From contig CM119270.1 in NCBI GenBank assembly GCA_051294375.1, positions 99,355 through 163,354 on the forward strand: a stretch of DNA of 64,000 bases, written 5' to 3'. This document shows positions 47,533 through 62,332 of the stretch, piece after piece; position 1 is the stretch's first letter, and every line of letters starts with the position of its first letter. The stretch is from Paraspadella gotoi (Eukaryota; Animalia; Chaetognatha). Position numbers and translations under genes: made by a program. Below the pieces are notes generated by a model. It was not told the DNA's origin and ran no database searches. It worked only from the letters and a program-made list of their open reading frames with translations.

Positions 47533-48514
47533 TCTCTCTTCTCTTCTCTCTTTCTTCTCTCTTCTCTCTCTCTTCTCTCTCCTCCTCTCTCTATCTCTCA
47601 TTCCTCCTTCTCTCTCTCTGCCCATCCTCATCTCAATTTAATACATCTTCCATTCCATTTTCGACAATTTCTGCTTCTCTTATTATTTCTTTCTCTCATT
47701 TTTACGTCAAAACCATTTTGTCCAGGTTGTTACCTTTCTGTGTTGTAGCGTCTCCTCGTCTCGGTCGTCGTCTCTTTAATATCTCTACGGGTCGTAATAG
47801 GTCCGATGAAATCACACCTTTAATGTTTTTTTTCTTAATTCAGGTTTAATAGTGAAGCTTTTGGAGAGAATCTTCAGAATTATCGTCGTCGTTTTGTGGT
47901 CGTGTCATCGCATCGTCATTTCAATCATCCGGTCTTTTTCTGTCGTCTCCGTAGCGTCTCTCGCGTCAATTATCATCGCCGTTCGTTTTGTTTGTATTCG
48001 TAGTAAACTCTTGTTCATTCTTACGATTTCTCTCCATTTGGTTTAAACGACGATGAACGTAACAGTTTTAACACGAAAAAGAACAAAAAAAATAGGTAAA
48101 CTTCTTAATATTATCGAGACTTTGTTCTAAAAATGGAAAAAAAGATATTATAGCCACTTAGTTGGATTAAAGCAAATAAATGTATTGTTAAGGTTATTAT
48201 CTTATAAGGAAAACATCTCCCCGACTACCCATACAATAGTGAATCCAGTTTTAATATTATTGAACGGAGACGCAATATCCTTAACGATTTAAATAATACA
48301 AAAACGTTAACATTTTTTTTCTTCATTTTAATTAAATGAGTTTTTATTTTTCTTTCTTACTTCAATTTAATTTTAAGTTTAAAATATTGACATTTGTTTT
48401 TTATTTCTTTTACCGATCTGCTTTACACAGTCTCTCTTTAATTTAATAAACATTAATTAATTAATGACTATAAATTAATTAACTTGGAAATTGGGATTAA
48501 TTACCCTAAGGACC

Positions 48515-48546
<32 letters not shown>

Positions 48547-48557
48547 TCCTCTCTCTA

Positions 48558-48591
<34 letters not shown>

Positions 48592-51500
48592 CTTCTCTCT
48601 GGTCTCTCTTTTTTCAATCTTTTTGTATAAAATAAAAAATATTTAGATAAAAAAATATTTAGAAATCAATTTCTCACAATCAGATAAGAACGAAGGACGG
48701 ACGCGACACGACATGAACCGACGACAGACACACAACACGGAAAAAAAGGCAAGTTCTTTCCTTTCTTTATTTTTTTTATTTAGTATAGGTAAATAATTTA
48801 TAATGACTGTTTATGAAACAAACTTAATCTCGACAGACGAGAGCTGTCAACAATCTTTAACATCAAACAAAAAAAGGACAACACGGACAGACGACTACGG
48901 CGGAATGACCGACTACAGAAAGACGACGACGACGGACGACGACGACTTATAGTTTAGAACCTGACTTTCCGTTTAAGTCAAGAACAACCGATCATCAGAA
49001 TGGATGATATTATGGATGATATTGATGATGATGAATGGAATGGATGGATGGATGGATGGATGGAGATGGATGAGATAATTGGTTACGATGATTTATGAGT
49101 TATGATAGATGATGGATGGATGAAGGATGGAAGGATGATATGGTTATGATGATGATGGATAATGATGTTGTTATAAATGATGAATGATGGAATTGATGAT
49201 GATGATGAGATGAATGGATGGATGATGGTGATGATGGGATATGAATGGGATGATGATAGGGTAAAAGGAAAGAAAAACAAAAAACAAAAATCAATGAAAT
49301 GATCGACGAAAAAAGTAGTCAGACATCATGCATATCGATGAAGCAACATAAAGAATCATCATAGATGATGAAGACCTTAACCACACACCTGGTCCAAAGT
49401 CAGCAAGATAGTTTATTTATTAATAATGATGATTTTATATTGTACTGTACCACGAATACACTTATTAGATATGAACTTTCTCTAGATACTTAAAAATATT
49501 AAACTCTTTAACAAATAAATCAACTAAATCAATATGTCCGGTCAGACTAGATTGCTGAGCGTGCCTCATAATACTCGGCGATCTCGAACTCCTAGGACTA
49601 CAAATAGCGTGTTGTTAAACGCAACCTGTTAATAAGTGATACAAATGCAGCAACTATTCACTGAATAGATGGCACCAGGTTATCTCAACATATATTTTAT
49701 GTATTTCGGTTATTCCTTTTATTTTGGTCTTCTCTTCAGTGGGATTGGTGCTGGGCCTTGGTGGCAGAAAGGCAACTGGAATATTCTATATGGGCTTTGG
49801 ATTATTTTATTAAGGTCTGTTTTATAATTACCCAAAAATTGGGTTTAGAGACGTTTTATTAAATAAAACAATTTAATTAACTGATTGTGCGACGTCAGGG
49901 ACGTCAGCGTCAACGTCTCCGTTTCATCAACGCCATCCTATTCAGCTGACGCTCGTGCGCCCGCCACAGGTATCTAATTTCAATGAGCGCAAAAAGCGAT
50001 CGAGTCAAATTATTTGTCAAATGGCCCAACCTGCAAGAAATTGAGCGCGTGACTCAATGCTAATGTCTTTTAATCAGTCGCCATGTCATGAGCAGGGTCA
50101 GCCAATGAGATGCAATGCAATGCAAGGATGACTTCATTCTCGTCACCAAAGGACGACTCCGTAACCAATCTTAGCTTTGCTGAATGTTAACAAGCAGACT
50201 CTAACATCTATGATTGATTAAAAAAATTTTGACAAATAAATTGGTTCCAGTTAAAATTTCTCTTTTAATAATTTTAAAGTGATGTGTTTTTCATACGTTT
50301 CTTAGTCGAAAACTTTAACATTTTTGGAAATAATGAGCAGTACATCACGAATGACAGTGACGCAATGACAGTGCACGCAAATGCGGTGCAGACACTTCAA
50401 CCCAAAAATCCTTTCTTGGTAAATAGCGGTAGAAAAAAAAATACTCATGAAATTTGTAAAGGAAAATGAGCAAGGCCTAGAATTATTTTGAATGCTCGGA
50501 CAGTTGTTAACTTAATTTCAAAACATCTTTTTTCTCTCAGAAACTAAAAAAGATCTCGAACTTTTTTGTCGAGTTTTTTGATAAAATGGAAAGAAAAATG
50601 AATAATGAATCTTAATTTTAGAAAGATGTTTCGTTTTCCATTTGACCGACGTCAATTTAAAAACGTGTTTTTTTCATGAGAGAGAGAAAAACGTTAAATA
50701 ATTTCCAGTAGTAAAAGAGAGAGAGAGAAGACACAACCTGTACAATTTTTTTCCCCAACCGGTAGTGTAAGGAATTGAGAAAATTCTGGACGAAAAATTA
50801 TGATGCAAAATTTCTATTTGATTTTGAAGTTTTCCTATTTTTTAAATTTTTAATTTTCCCATCTCTGATCTTCGTTTTTTCATTTTATCTTTTAATTAGC
50901 GGCTTTTTTTTAAGTTTTACGGTTGACAAAACAGACGAAAAAACATTGACAAACAGACAACCACATCTCTTCATTTCTTATTTCTTTTATCTTCACTTTT
51001 CCATTCTTTTTGTTTTTTCTTTTTCTTTACTTTTCTTTTCTTTTCTTTTCTTTTCTTTTCTTTCTTTTCTTTTCTTTTTCTTTTCTTTCTTTTCTTTTCT
51101 TTTCTAATTCTATTTCTATTCTATTCCATTTCCGAAACTTTATGTTCCAATCACATTATTTGCTCAATTTAAACTCTTAACTTCCCGCTCAGTTAGAGAT
51201 CGAGGTCGAGTCCCATAACAGATCTGGGTTCGAGTCTCATCCAGATCTGGGTTCGAGTCCTTTCAGATCTGGGTTCGAGTTCCATCCAGATCTGGGTTTT
51301 CAAGTCCCATCCCAGCTGGGGTTTTAATTCCCATCGCAGCATTTGGGTTTCGAGTCCCATCCAGATCTGGGTTCGAGTTCGATGCCAGGACATCTGGGTT
51401 TAAATCCCATCTAGATCTTGCTTCGAGTCCCATCCAGAACTGGAGTTCGAGTCCTATCCTATCTAAGGTTTCTTATCTAAAAGAGCAACTTTAACTCGGC

Positions 51501-52995
51501 AACAAACTCACGCACGATTCATCCTCGTTTTCGATCCCGTCAGACCTTTTGGAGCCGTCGTCGTCGTCGATCTTCGGTCGTCGTCTTCGTGTCCGTCGTG
51601 TCTTCTTTCAGTCATCATTGGGAACATCCTTTTCATTACATTACGGTCCATCGTTCAGACTAAATTGGTTTAGTTATTTGAATATTTCCAAGGTCCAAAC
51701 CTCAATGTCATCATGTCATGTCAATTTCATCAACATTGTGTCATAGAGTTTTCCTTCCTCATCGTCTTGATCGTTACATGATATTTCGGTCATGTCATTG
51801 TGGTCGGTCGTGTCGTCTCATCAGTCGGTCGTCGTCGTCGGTCGTCGTCGTCCTCTCTCTTTCCATCGCGTTTATCCGCCGGGCCATTCTCCTCGTCCGT
51901 CGTCATCGTCGGTCGTCATCGTCGACGTTCAAGTCGTCGTTGCTAAGAGACGGACGCGGCAAATGCCCCACGCGCGCAAGAATTTTGAGCAGAATTTTTT
52001 TGTATTTTTGTTTCTTTTGTGCTGAAAAAGAAAAAGAACTTTTTTTAATATTTTTTTTGTTTAAATTTGTTAGTCTTATCTTTTATCCTCTCTGCTCCCT
52101 CTCTCTCTCCCATCAGGCTTGTTCTTCGTTCTCCTCTCTCTTTTCTCTCTTCTCTCTCTCTCTCTCTCTCATCCATTTCTCCCTCTCGTCTCCTCTCGCT
52201 CTCCTCCTGTTGTCCTAAAACAAACGAACCTTAAATTCCAGCATTTTTCGGCGTCACGCGGAAAATCATGTTACTGAGAAAATCTACTATTATACTTCCT
52301 GTAGCAAATGCGCCGTGGCGTCTTGCTTTTGGGATTACCCTTATCAGCGTGTTTATGTGATAAACTTGAAGCTGAGTCACAATGTTAAAGCAGACCAAAG
52401 GTTTATGTGGCGTTTTTCTCTCCGAGATAGATTTTTTAAACAATTTTTGTTTGTGTTGTCATCTTTGTTGTTGTCATCTTTCACTTTGTTTCTTTGTTCG
52501 TTGTTTATGGTTGTTCATCTTTGCCTGTTGTCACTTTTGCCCGTTAGTCATCTTTTGCATGTTGCGATCTTCATGTTAAAACAATCAGAGCGCAATCAAA
52601 TTAAAAATCGTTTATTATCGTCATCATAATTAAACGCAATCAAGAAACAATCAAGCAACTCTCCACCAATGTAACGCAAATGTTAACAAATAGAGCGGAA
52701 ACGAAATACATCGGGCGATTAATTTAAGAATTTAAATGTCGAAATCTTTTTGACGAGAAGCTAACTATCGAAGGAATAAAGCATGAGTAAAGCAGGAATT
52801 AAAGCAAAGTTTAAATCTCGAAAGAAATTAAAGCATGAGTGTCACCATGTTGCCATGGAACAGGGAAAAGAGAATGCATGGAAAATGAAACATTTTAATC
52901 CTGATGCCCTTTATTCGCTTTCCAGCCTGCATTATCGGTTATTATGTAGTAATTATTATTATTATCATCATTATTATATTATATTATATTATTAA

Positions 52996-53048
<53 letters not shown>

Positions 53049-54150
53049 TATTATGTATCAGCCTGCATTATCGTTGAAGAAGAATCAATTTAATGCAGTA
53101 GAAACTTTTTGTGGCAAAATTGTCAAACGATTCAGAAAGTTTTTTGTTTTTTTAAGAAAATACTTTTTACCTTAACATTTTAAAACGATGATTTTATAGT
53201 ATATTTAATCAATACTACTAAGCTCTTATCAAACTTTTAAATTTCTGGTTTATGTTATGCTTTATATTTTGCGTTAATACTTTTTGGTTTTATATATTTT
53301 TTTTTTATAAATATCGTTTTTAATTAATTTGTGTTAAACCTAAAAGTAAAACACATATTTTATTAACTTGCTCTTATGAAAATACAAATAGTTAACAAAT
53401 TAATAGATTTTAATGGTTACGTTGAAAAAATTGCATTTTTCATGCGGATTAAAATTTTGAAATAATCGTTTTTTTAATCCTAAAGACAGATAGAGATGGT
53501 CGTGTTGTAATTGGTTATTGTTATTTTCCGTGTTCTTACTGGTGTTGTTGCTGACTGCTGGTGCTGTTGTTTCAGTTTGTCTTTGATGTTTGTTGTTTCC
53601 TGTTTTTAGTTGTTTCGGTTGAAGTGATAAAACACCTGACGCAAAGAGAACACCGAGCGCAGAAAAAAGGATGACATGGAGTCAATGGAAAGTGGAGCGA
53701 AAGACGGCAGAGGACCAGAAGAATGGCAATGGGGTGAAAGTATGTGCATTCAGAAGAATAAACAATAGACAAATGAGCCATGGACCGACGCGACAACAGA
53801 GTGCATTCACGTGGTGCAGAAAGGAATATTGTGGTAAGGGCAAGGTTGGTTGTTTGTTGAAAGAGCAAAAGATCATTCGTGGTTAAGTATAAGGCAAGAT
53901 AACTGTGGTTAAGAGCAAAGCCCATTGTGGTTCAGGGCAAAGATAACTGTGGTTTAAGCCTTAGGAAAGTGAACGGATTAAATTGTAAATGATGGGTGAA
54001 CATTGGATAAACTTGAATTAAAAATTACAATAACTCATTTTTACATTTTGGTACGCGAACGCAACATAAACTAACTTGAATAATAGTTAAAGGAAGGAGA
54101 AGAGACATTGTAAAGAAAACTGGAAATGGCGATAAGAAAGATAGGTGTTA

Positions 54151-54195
<45 letters not shown>
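47533..54195 (+). other. ~6.7-kb noisy tandem duplicate of 40775-47507 (probable uncollapsed haplotype/long-read gap fill)
   Basis: Colinear with the first copy, begins at a 25-N gap, pervasive indels. Confidence 0.88.
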
Positions 54196-54199
<4 letters not shown>

Positions 54200-54469
54200 G
54201 AGAAAGAGAGAGAGAGAAAGAAAAAGAGAGAGAGAGAGTGAAAATAAAGAAAGAAAAGATAGAGAAAGAAAGAAGAAAGAAAAAACCAAAGAAACAAACA
54301 AAGAAAAAAAGAAAAGAAACAAACAAACAAAGAAACAATACAAAAGAAAAACAAACAAACAAAAAAACAACAACGAAACAAGAAAGGAAGAGAGAGAGTA
54401 GAGAGAGGAGGAAGAGAGAGAGAGGAGAGGAGGAGAGAGAGAGGAAGAGAAAGGAACACCAGAGAGAGT

Positions 54470-54526
<57 letters not shown>

Positions 54527-54559
54527 TGCCATAAATTTCCAAGCTCCTCTCGTCCCGCC

Positions 54560-54945
54560 TTGGAGAAAGCCGCGCGACCGAAAACGACCGGAAGTGGGCG
54601 TTGATGGATGAACGTCGTCGTCGTCGTCGTCGTCGTCTCGTAGTAATAGTGGTTGTCGTCGTCGTCGTCGTTGTTGTTGTCGTTTTAATAGTAATAGTTG
54701 TCATCATCGTTGTCATCATTCAAGTTACAATAGACATCGTTGTCATTATTTTTGTCATCCTCGCTGTCGCTGTCGTAATAGTCCTAATTGTCGTCAAAGT
54801 CATTCTCTTTGTTTTAATACTAATAGTTGTCATCATAGTCGTCATCGTTGTTGTCGCTATCTTCGGCATCGTCATCATTTTTCGTCGCTGTCATTATTTT
54901 TATCGTCGTCGTCGTCGTCGTCGTCGTTGTTATCTCCGCCATTTT
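54560..54945 (+). promoter_or_regulatory. Candidate housekeeping-type promoter (ETS + YY1-like)
   Basis: CCGGAAGTG 54588 in a CpG-rich patch; CCGCCATTTT 54936. Confidence 0.4.
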
Positions 54946-56542
54946 CAGTTAACCTTTTCGTTTTTCTTTTTCTCTCGCGAATTTCTTATCCTTGTTGTTG
55001 TTGTTGCTGTTGTTGTTGTTGTTTTTGGCGTAAATCTTTGTTTTTATTCATTTTCCATTTTCCTAATTTTAATACTATTAATCGAAATGATTTAAGATTT
55101 ATAATTATTATTTTTCTTTTCGAGTTATGTTCAATGTGTTATTTACAATGTTATTTACAATGTCATTCTTGCATCTGTCATTGAGAACATATATTTTCAG
55201 GGTTGTCGTCGTCTTCTTAATTTCTTCGTCTTCATCGTCGTCGTTGTCGTCTTCATCGTCGTGGTTGTCGTCTTCATCGTCGTCGTCTTCATCGTCGTCG
55301 TTGTCGTCTTCATCGTCGTCCTCATCGTCGTCGTCCTCGTCGTCGTCAAGAGTTTCACTCATTCGTCCTCATTTAGGTTTTCGTTGTTGTTGTTGTTGTT
55401 GTTGTTTTAGTAATTGTAGTAATTTTTTTAAAAATAATTTTTTTTTAGATTATTAGCCTTTTTCAGGCAAATCCTATGTCAATGTAATAAACCCCAAAAC
55501 TATTTCGAGGCCATTTCACTGTTAAACACTTTTGCACACTGTAACACGCTTTTACACTATTTTGCACATTTACACATCAAACCTTTGGAAAATAAACTTT
55601 TTGTCTCTCGGACGATATGGACCAGTTTTTATCTTGTATCTTTGTTTTGACCCATTGTGACCTTGCGTGACCTCGGATGACCTCGAATGACCTCTAATGA
55701 CCTTTCTAACCCAATATACCGCTCTTTCTGCCACTCTCGACCACTCTCAACCACTCTCCATCCACTCGAAACCAGTGGCCACCCGTCGTGAACCAAACTC
55801 GAGAATCGAATCTTCGAATCGACTCCATTCCACTTAACTGCCTCGTTAACGCGGCGAGGTGCCAGTTGAGACCACTATGCCGAAAAGGAGAAAGCCTACG
55901 ATCACTGTGCCGTGCTGAAATGGATGATATCTCTCTGCTATGCAGGACTGTATTAATTACTGTGCCGCCGACAATCACTAATTGTGATTCACTATGCGGC
56001 ACGGGGCTGCCTTAAAGGACTGAGCCACTTGGGCTATGATGACTGAAGAACGTTTACGTAGAGTAAGGTCTCCCTCCTCTTCCTTCTCCTCCTTCTTCTC
56101 TTCTTCCTTCTCCTCATTCTTCTCCTCTTCCTTCTCCTGCTCCTCTTTCTTCTCCTTCTTCTTGTCCTTTTCCTTATCCTCCTCCTCTTTCTTCTCCTCC
56201 TTCTCCTCTTCCTCTTCCTCCTCCTCCTCTTCCTCATCCTTCTCCTCCCTTGCCTCGATTAACCATTAATTATTGTTCACCCTCTTTTAATTATCTATAA
56301 TTTTTAAATTTAATTTTGCAACAACCTTTTCCTTCAATTAGTTTAGCTTCGTTTCAAGTTTATAGTATTATAGACCTGACGAGACCTGATGAGACCTGAC
56401 AAGACCTGACGAGGCATGACAAGACCTGACGAGACCTGACGAGACCTGACGGGAGTGAATCCTCACGAGGAATCCAAATGGCGATTATACCTTTTCGCTC
56501 CAATTATTGACCACTGTTACATCTCTCTCTCTTTCTATCTCA

Positions 56543-56588
<46 letters not shown>

Positions 56589-56789
56589 ATCATGAGGCGC
56601 TTGCATTGTCGCCTTGACTTTGTTATGAATTTTTCCCCTTTAGACCCGCGATGAAAGAGAGAATCGTCCTCTCTTCTCTCTCTCCTCTGCTCAGTCTCTC
56701 TCCTCATCCTGGCCTCTCCTCGCCTCTCAGGTCGATGGAGGTGGAGCCGTCCTTTGTTCGTTTATCTTTCCTCTGCGGTTTTAAGCGAA

Positions 56790-57293
56790 GAAGAAGCGAC
56801 GCAAGTTGGGGAACAAGCGACGCAAGTTGTGGAAGAAGCAACGCAAGTTGTGGAAGAAGCAACGCAAGTTGTGGAAGAAGCAACGCAAGTTGTGGAAGAA
56901 GCGACACAAGTTGTTGAAGAAGCAACGCAAGTTGTGGAAGAAGCGACCCAAGTTGTAAAAGAAACGACGGAAGTTGTGGAAGAAGCAATGCAAGTTGTGG
57001 AGGAAGCGACCCAAGTTGTGGAAGAAACGACGCAAGTTGTGAAAGAAGCGACGCAAGTTGTGGAAAAGGTGACGCAAGTTGTGGCCGAAGCGACGCAAGT
57101 TGTGGAAGAAGCGAAGCAAGTTGTGGAAGAAGCGACGCAAGTTGTGGAGAAAGCGATGCAAGTTGTGGAAGAAGCAACGCAAGTTGTGAAAGAAGCGACC
57201 CAAGTTGTGGAAGAAACGACGCAAGTTGTGGAAGAAGCGACGCAAGTTGTGGAAAAGTCGACGCAAGTTGTGGAAGAAGCGACGCAAGTTGTG
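56790..57293 (+). repeat. 21-bp minisatellite, 24 units, reads (EEATQVV)n
   Basis: GAAGAAGCGACGCAAGTTGTG x24 with no indels. Confidence 0.95.
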
Positions 57294-58309
57294 GGAACCA
57301 GAATGAAAATGAAAAATAAGGAAAAAGGAAAAGTGAAAAAAAGAAAAAAGAAAGAATGAAAAAAAAGAAAAGAATCTGCCCCAACTCTCACTATTGAATT
57401 ATAATTTAACAATGTTAACAATATTACTTAAAATTTGGTAAGAAAATAGAAAATATTGCGTTTATAATATTTACTAATAGGAATATAAACGTTGTCTTAC
57501 ATGAAATATAAGTTTGAAATTTTTTTCTTTCATTATTTTTTATTTTATTTTTTTCATTTTTGTATCAAATCTAAAGTTTTTTTTTCTAAGATAGGAAAAG
57601 CTTTTCACACGAGTTTCATTTACTGTTTGTTTAAGTAAATTTACTCTCATGATGAGAGAGAGAGAGAGAGACAGAGAGAGAGAGAGAGCCGTTTGAAACT
57701 TTATCCATCTATCCATTATGCAAGGGCACCATTTGTGTATTTTCCCTCCAGGTGGCTCACGTATCCGTTATTCCCCAAATTCAGTTTTATTTCCCAAAAT
57801 AAAAATGAATAAAAAATGAATCGAATGAGGCGAAAATGATCGTCACACAAATATTTTTGTGTGACGATGAAAAAAAAAGATTCAAATGATTAGAAAAATT
57901 AATACATGCTATTAGACTTGATTATGTTAAATAAGTTGAAAAAAGAAAGAGAAAAGAATTAATGGTTACTTGCATTATTAAATGAGTTTAAATAAATTTA
58001 AATAATTAAACTAAACAGTAACACGAGATAAATAATTGATAATAAATTATAGGTCTCTCAAAATAATAAAAATACTTCCAATCGTAAAGCTAAAAACCTA
58101 CAATAAAATATATAAATAATAATTTTAAAACCGTATCAAAATATATGAGAATAAAATTAAAGTGCTGCAATATGTAAATGCAATTTAAGAAGTTACTTTG
58201 CTGCAATATTAAAAAGAATTAATATAATTCAAAAATTAAAGAAAGATTTAGGAGTCAACAACTGACGCAAACAACTTTATTGACGGCGGCGAATGATAAA
58301 AGCTGTGTT

Positions 58310-58442
<133 letters not shown>

Positions 58443-58544
58443 GAGAGAGAGTCAGATCGCCCCTTCTGGCGAAAAAAAGAATTTGCGATTTTCAATAGAA
58501 ATAAAACTCGTTTTTCAACTCAAATTTATTCTCATCACGATTTC

Positions 58545-59150
58545 GTCTTGCCACGTTTTATTTTCTGTCACGCCTTCGTTTTGCTACGTTGTATTTTTTG
58601 TCCCTCCTTCTTTTTGCCACGTTTTATTTTCTGTCACGACTTCTTTTTGCTAAGTTTTATTTTCTGTCACGTTTTCCTTTTGCCACGTTGTATTTTTTGT
58701 CAGGCCTTCTATTTGCCACGTTTTATCTTCTTGTATTTTTTGTCACATATTTTTCCATATTTAATCTTCTGTCGCGCCTTCGTTTTGCCACGTTTTATTT
58801 TTTGTCATGCCTTCTTTTTTCCAAGTTTTATTTTTTGTCACGCCTTCGTTTTGCCACGTTGTATGTTTTGTCACGCCTTCGTTTTGCCACGTTAAATGTT
58901 CTGTCACACCTTCTTTTTGCGATGTTTTATTTTCTGGCACGCCTACGTTTTGCCACGTTAAATGTTCTGTTACGCCTTCTTTTTGCGACATTTTATTTTC
59001 TGTCACGCCTTCGTTTTGCCACGTTGTATTTTTTGTCATTCCTTTTTTCCATGTTTTATTTTTTGTCACGCCTTCATTTTGCCACGTTTTATTTTATGTC
59101 ATGCCTTCATTTTTCCACGTTAAATTTTTGGTCACGCCTTTATCTTGCCA
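58545..59150. repeat. ~33-bp minisatellite (CACGCCTTCGTTTTGCCACGTTTTATTTTTTGT)
   Basis: About 18 diverged units. Confidence 0.9.
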
Positions 59151-60181
59151 ATTTTTTGTTATGTTTTTCACTCACATTTTTTCATTGATATTATTTTAAA
59201 TGCAATAATTTAACTTACTTGTTTTTTCTTTTTCTCTCTTCTCCTCTTCTTTCTTCCTATTTCCTCTCTTCCTTTGTTCCTCTCTTCTCCTTTCCTCTCT
59301 TTCTCCTTTGCTCCCTTACTTACTTCCTCTCTTCATTTCTCTTTTCCTCCCTTCCTCTCTTCTCTTCTCTTTTCCTCTCTTCCTCTCTTCTCTCTTCCTC
59401 CTTTCCTCCCTTCCTCTCTTCCTCTTTTCCTCTCTTCTCCTTTCCTCCCTTCGTCTTTTCTTCTCTTCTCTTCTCTTCTTCCCAAAGAATTTTCAAAATC
59501 TCCGAAATTCTTAAAAAGACAGTCCGGAAAAAAAAACTTTTTTCTTCTAAAAAGACAGTCTAGAAAAACTTATCCCGCATGAAAAGAGATAAATAATGGG
59601 ATCCGTCTCTTCATTCATTTCAAGACGAGAAAAGTGATTGAGTCTCTCAACCTTGAGACTTTGATCGATGCCTTTATTCTGATTGGTCGGTTCCTTGACA
59701 CCTTTTGAGCTTATTGGTTGAAAACTTTAGACCAAAAACAAAAACCTGAAACTATATAATTCGTCTGAAAAAGTCAACTTTTCAAAAAAGTATTACCAGA
59801 TTACCAGATGGAAATAATACCCTAACAAAACTCCGTAAGTGATTGCTTGAAATCTTAACAATCCGTAAGTGATTGCTTTAAACCTTGAAACTCCGTATGT
59901 GATTTCTCGAAACCCCGTACGTGATTGATTGTCGCCTCGAGACTTTCCATGTGATTGATCAAAACCTTAGACCCGGGATGTGATTGATTGAAGCCGAAAA
60001 ACCCCGGATGTCACATAATCTCTTTTTTTTCGGTGAGAAAGAAAAAAGCTTGGTTAACGATCCAGCGAATTAAGTTGGAGAAGGAAGAGGAATTTTGGGT
60101 GCGATTAGAGTTTAGAGCAAAGTTAGTAGCTAAAAATAAATACTGTTAATTATTCGGTACAAACATACAAATTGATGTAAG

Positions 60182-60241
<60 letters not shown>

Positions 60242-60378
60242 GAGAATAGGATCTGAAAGAGCTTCAAGCACGTCCCTCTTCTTTTCTCCATCTGAAAAAA
60301 AAGCTTTTTTTGACTTCAATCTTTCCTTTACCGCATTAAGAGCATTTTCGAAGTGTTGCTTTCATGAGGAAGAGAGAG

Positions 60379-60443
<65 letters not shown>

Positions 60444-60855
60444 GAGAGAAAGTGAGAGATAGAGATTTTATTTTATTTGATTTATTCTGCTCATAATGTT
60501 AATAAAACACATTTACAATCACAGGATCGTAAGAGAGCCCTACATGGATATTATGTACATTCAAGTATGTAAAAAATATAAAACAATAATTAAAAATTCA
60601 TTTAATAAATAAACGAGGAAATGGTAATTTAAAAAAGAAAAATTCTTTATACAGATCATCTTAAGTTTATGATGGAACCTTTTCCATTTTTTACATTCCA
60701 TACATTTTCATAATTACCAATTATTTTCAATAGTTTTGAAGTATCTTTAGAATAAATTTCTCTGAATTCGATTTTATTGTCTTCTTCTAGAAAGTTTATG
60801 TTTTTTTATTTAACGCAATAATTGAGACGGAGTTCTTCATCATCCAAAGTGTTAC

Positions 60856-60951
<96 letters not shown>

Positions 60952-61133
60952 GAGGAAAAAGAAAGAAAAAAATATAAATAAAGAAGGAAAGAAGAAAGAA
61001 GAAAGAAAATCAAAGGAATGAAAAAAAAAATCTTGTTTATTCAACCTTTCTCTGTCATCTTTTTTCTATCTATTGCTTTTCTTTTTCTCTCTACCTTCTT
61101 CCTTTTTTGTCTCAGTATCTCCGAAACTCCTTC

Positions 61134-61230
<97 letters not shown>

Positions 61231-61371
61231 CTGTCTCCCATGTCAGCTCTTTCTTTCATATTTTCCGCCTCCAAAAATATTTTTCCTTATTATCCCCAAC
61301 AGATTTCTTTCTTTGTGACTGAAGAGATTATCGCTTTTCTTTACCTTCATAGATTTTTCTCTCTTCCTAGC

Positions 61372-61438
<67 letters not shown>

Positions 61439-61649
61439 TAGTTTTTTGACTCTAGAAATCGTTTTTCATTTTTTTCTGCTATGATAAAACATGATCCTCC
61501 TTCTTTCTCTTTTCTTTTTCTTTTTTCTTCTTTTAGCTTCTTTTATTTCATATCTATATTAGTTTGTAAAACAGTTACAACCAATGCAATACAATTTAAT
61601 AAATTCTGTCCGTCCCACCTTAAACAAAAAAACACCAATGACTCGTTAT

Positions 61650-61928
61650 TGATGGATGGATTGGAATGTAATTTTGTGTGTGGCTAGCGAAGTGTGTGAT
61701 TGAGCTGGATATGAAGTTTCGATGGAATCGTTGGAGTGAAAATGATTTTAAATTGAAAAAACAAAAAACAATATATTTAACTATTTGAACACCATTTGCT
61801 CATGAGTGGATGGGGCAATTGACTTGAAATTTTGTATGTGTGTAGGAAAGTATGTGATTAAGCTGGAAATTAAGTTTCGATGGAATCGTTAGAGTGGAAA
61901 TAAGTTTAAATGGAAAAAACAAAAAAAC
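61650..61928. repeat. Two ~160-bp tandem copies, likely DNA-transposon remnant
   Basis: TGTGATT.AGCTGGA...AAGTTTCGATGGAATCGTT.GAGTG repeated at ~61696 and ~61853. Confidence 0.6.
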
Positions 61929-62276
61929 CTGTTTCATTAATTTTTTCTTTTTATATTAAATGTAAATGCGTCATGTATTAATTAATCAAAAAATTAATCA
62001 TTTAATGAATCAATTAGTCAATTAATTAATCAATAATTAATTAATCAGTCAATTAATGAATCAAAACAAATATTTCGGATCAAATTAATTAATTAATTCC
62101 CTATATAAATAAATTAACTTGTTAGGAAATTATCTTATTTTTTACAAATTTTTATTACAATTTTGTGCAATTTTTTTAATGTGATTCTTTTTTTTTTCCT
62201 TCATAATATTTTTTTCCAAAAATTCTTTTTTTTTCTTGAGGTCAACAACCTTTTTTAGTTATTAAGCTCAATCAGG

Positions 62277-62332
<56 letters not shown>

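Noticed and set aside
55706-55715. Telomerase RNA template (CTAACCC)
   Set aside because: Only 7 nt, too short for a 1.5-repeat template, and no pseudoknot or H/ACA evidence; more likely a branch-point-like motif.
58545-59150. CRISPR-like array (also 32496-32908, 44701-44952)
   Set aside because: Contiguous tandem units without unique spacers, no cas genes, eukaryotic context.
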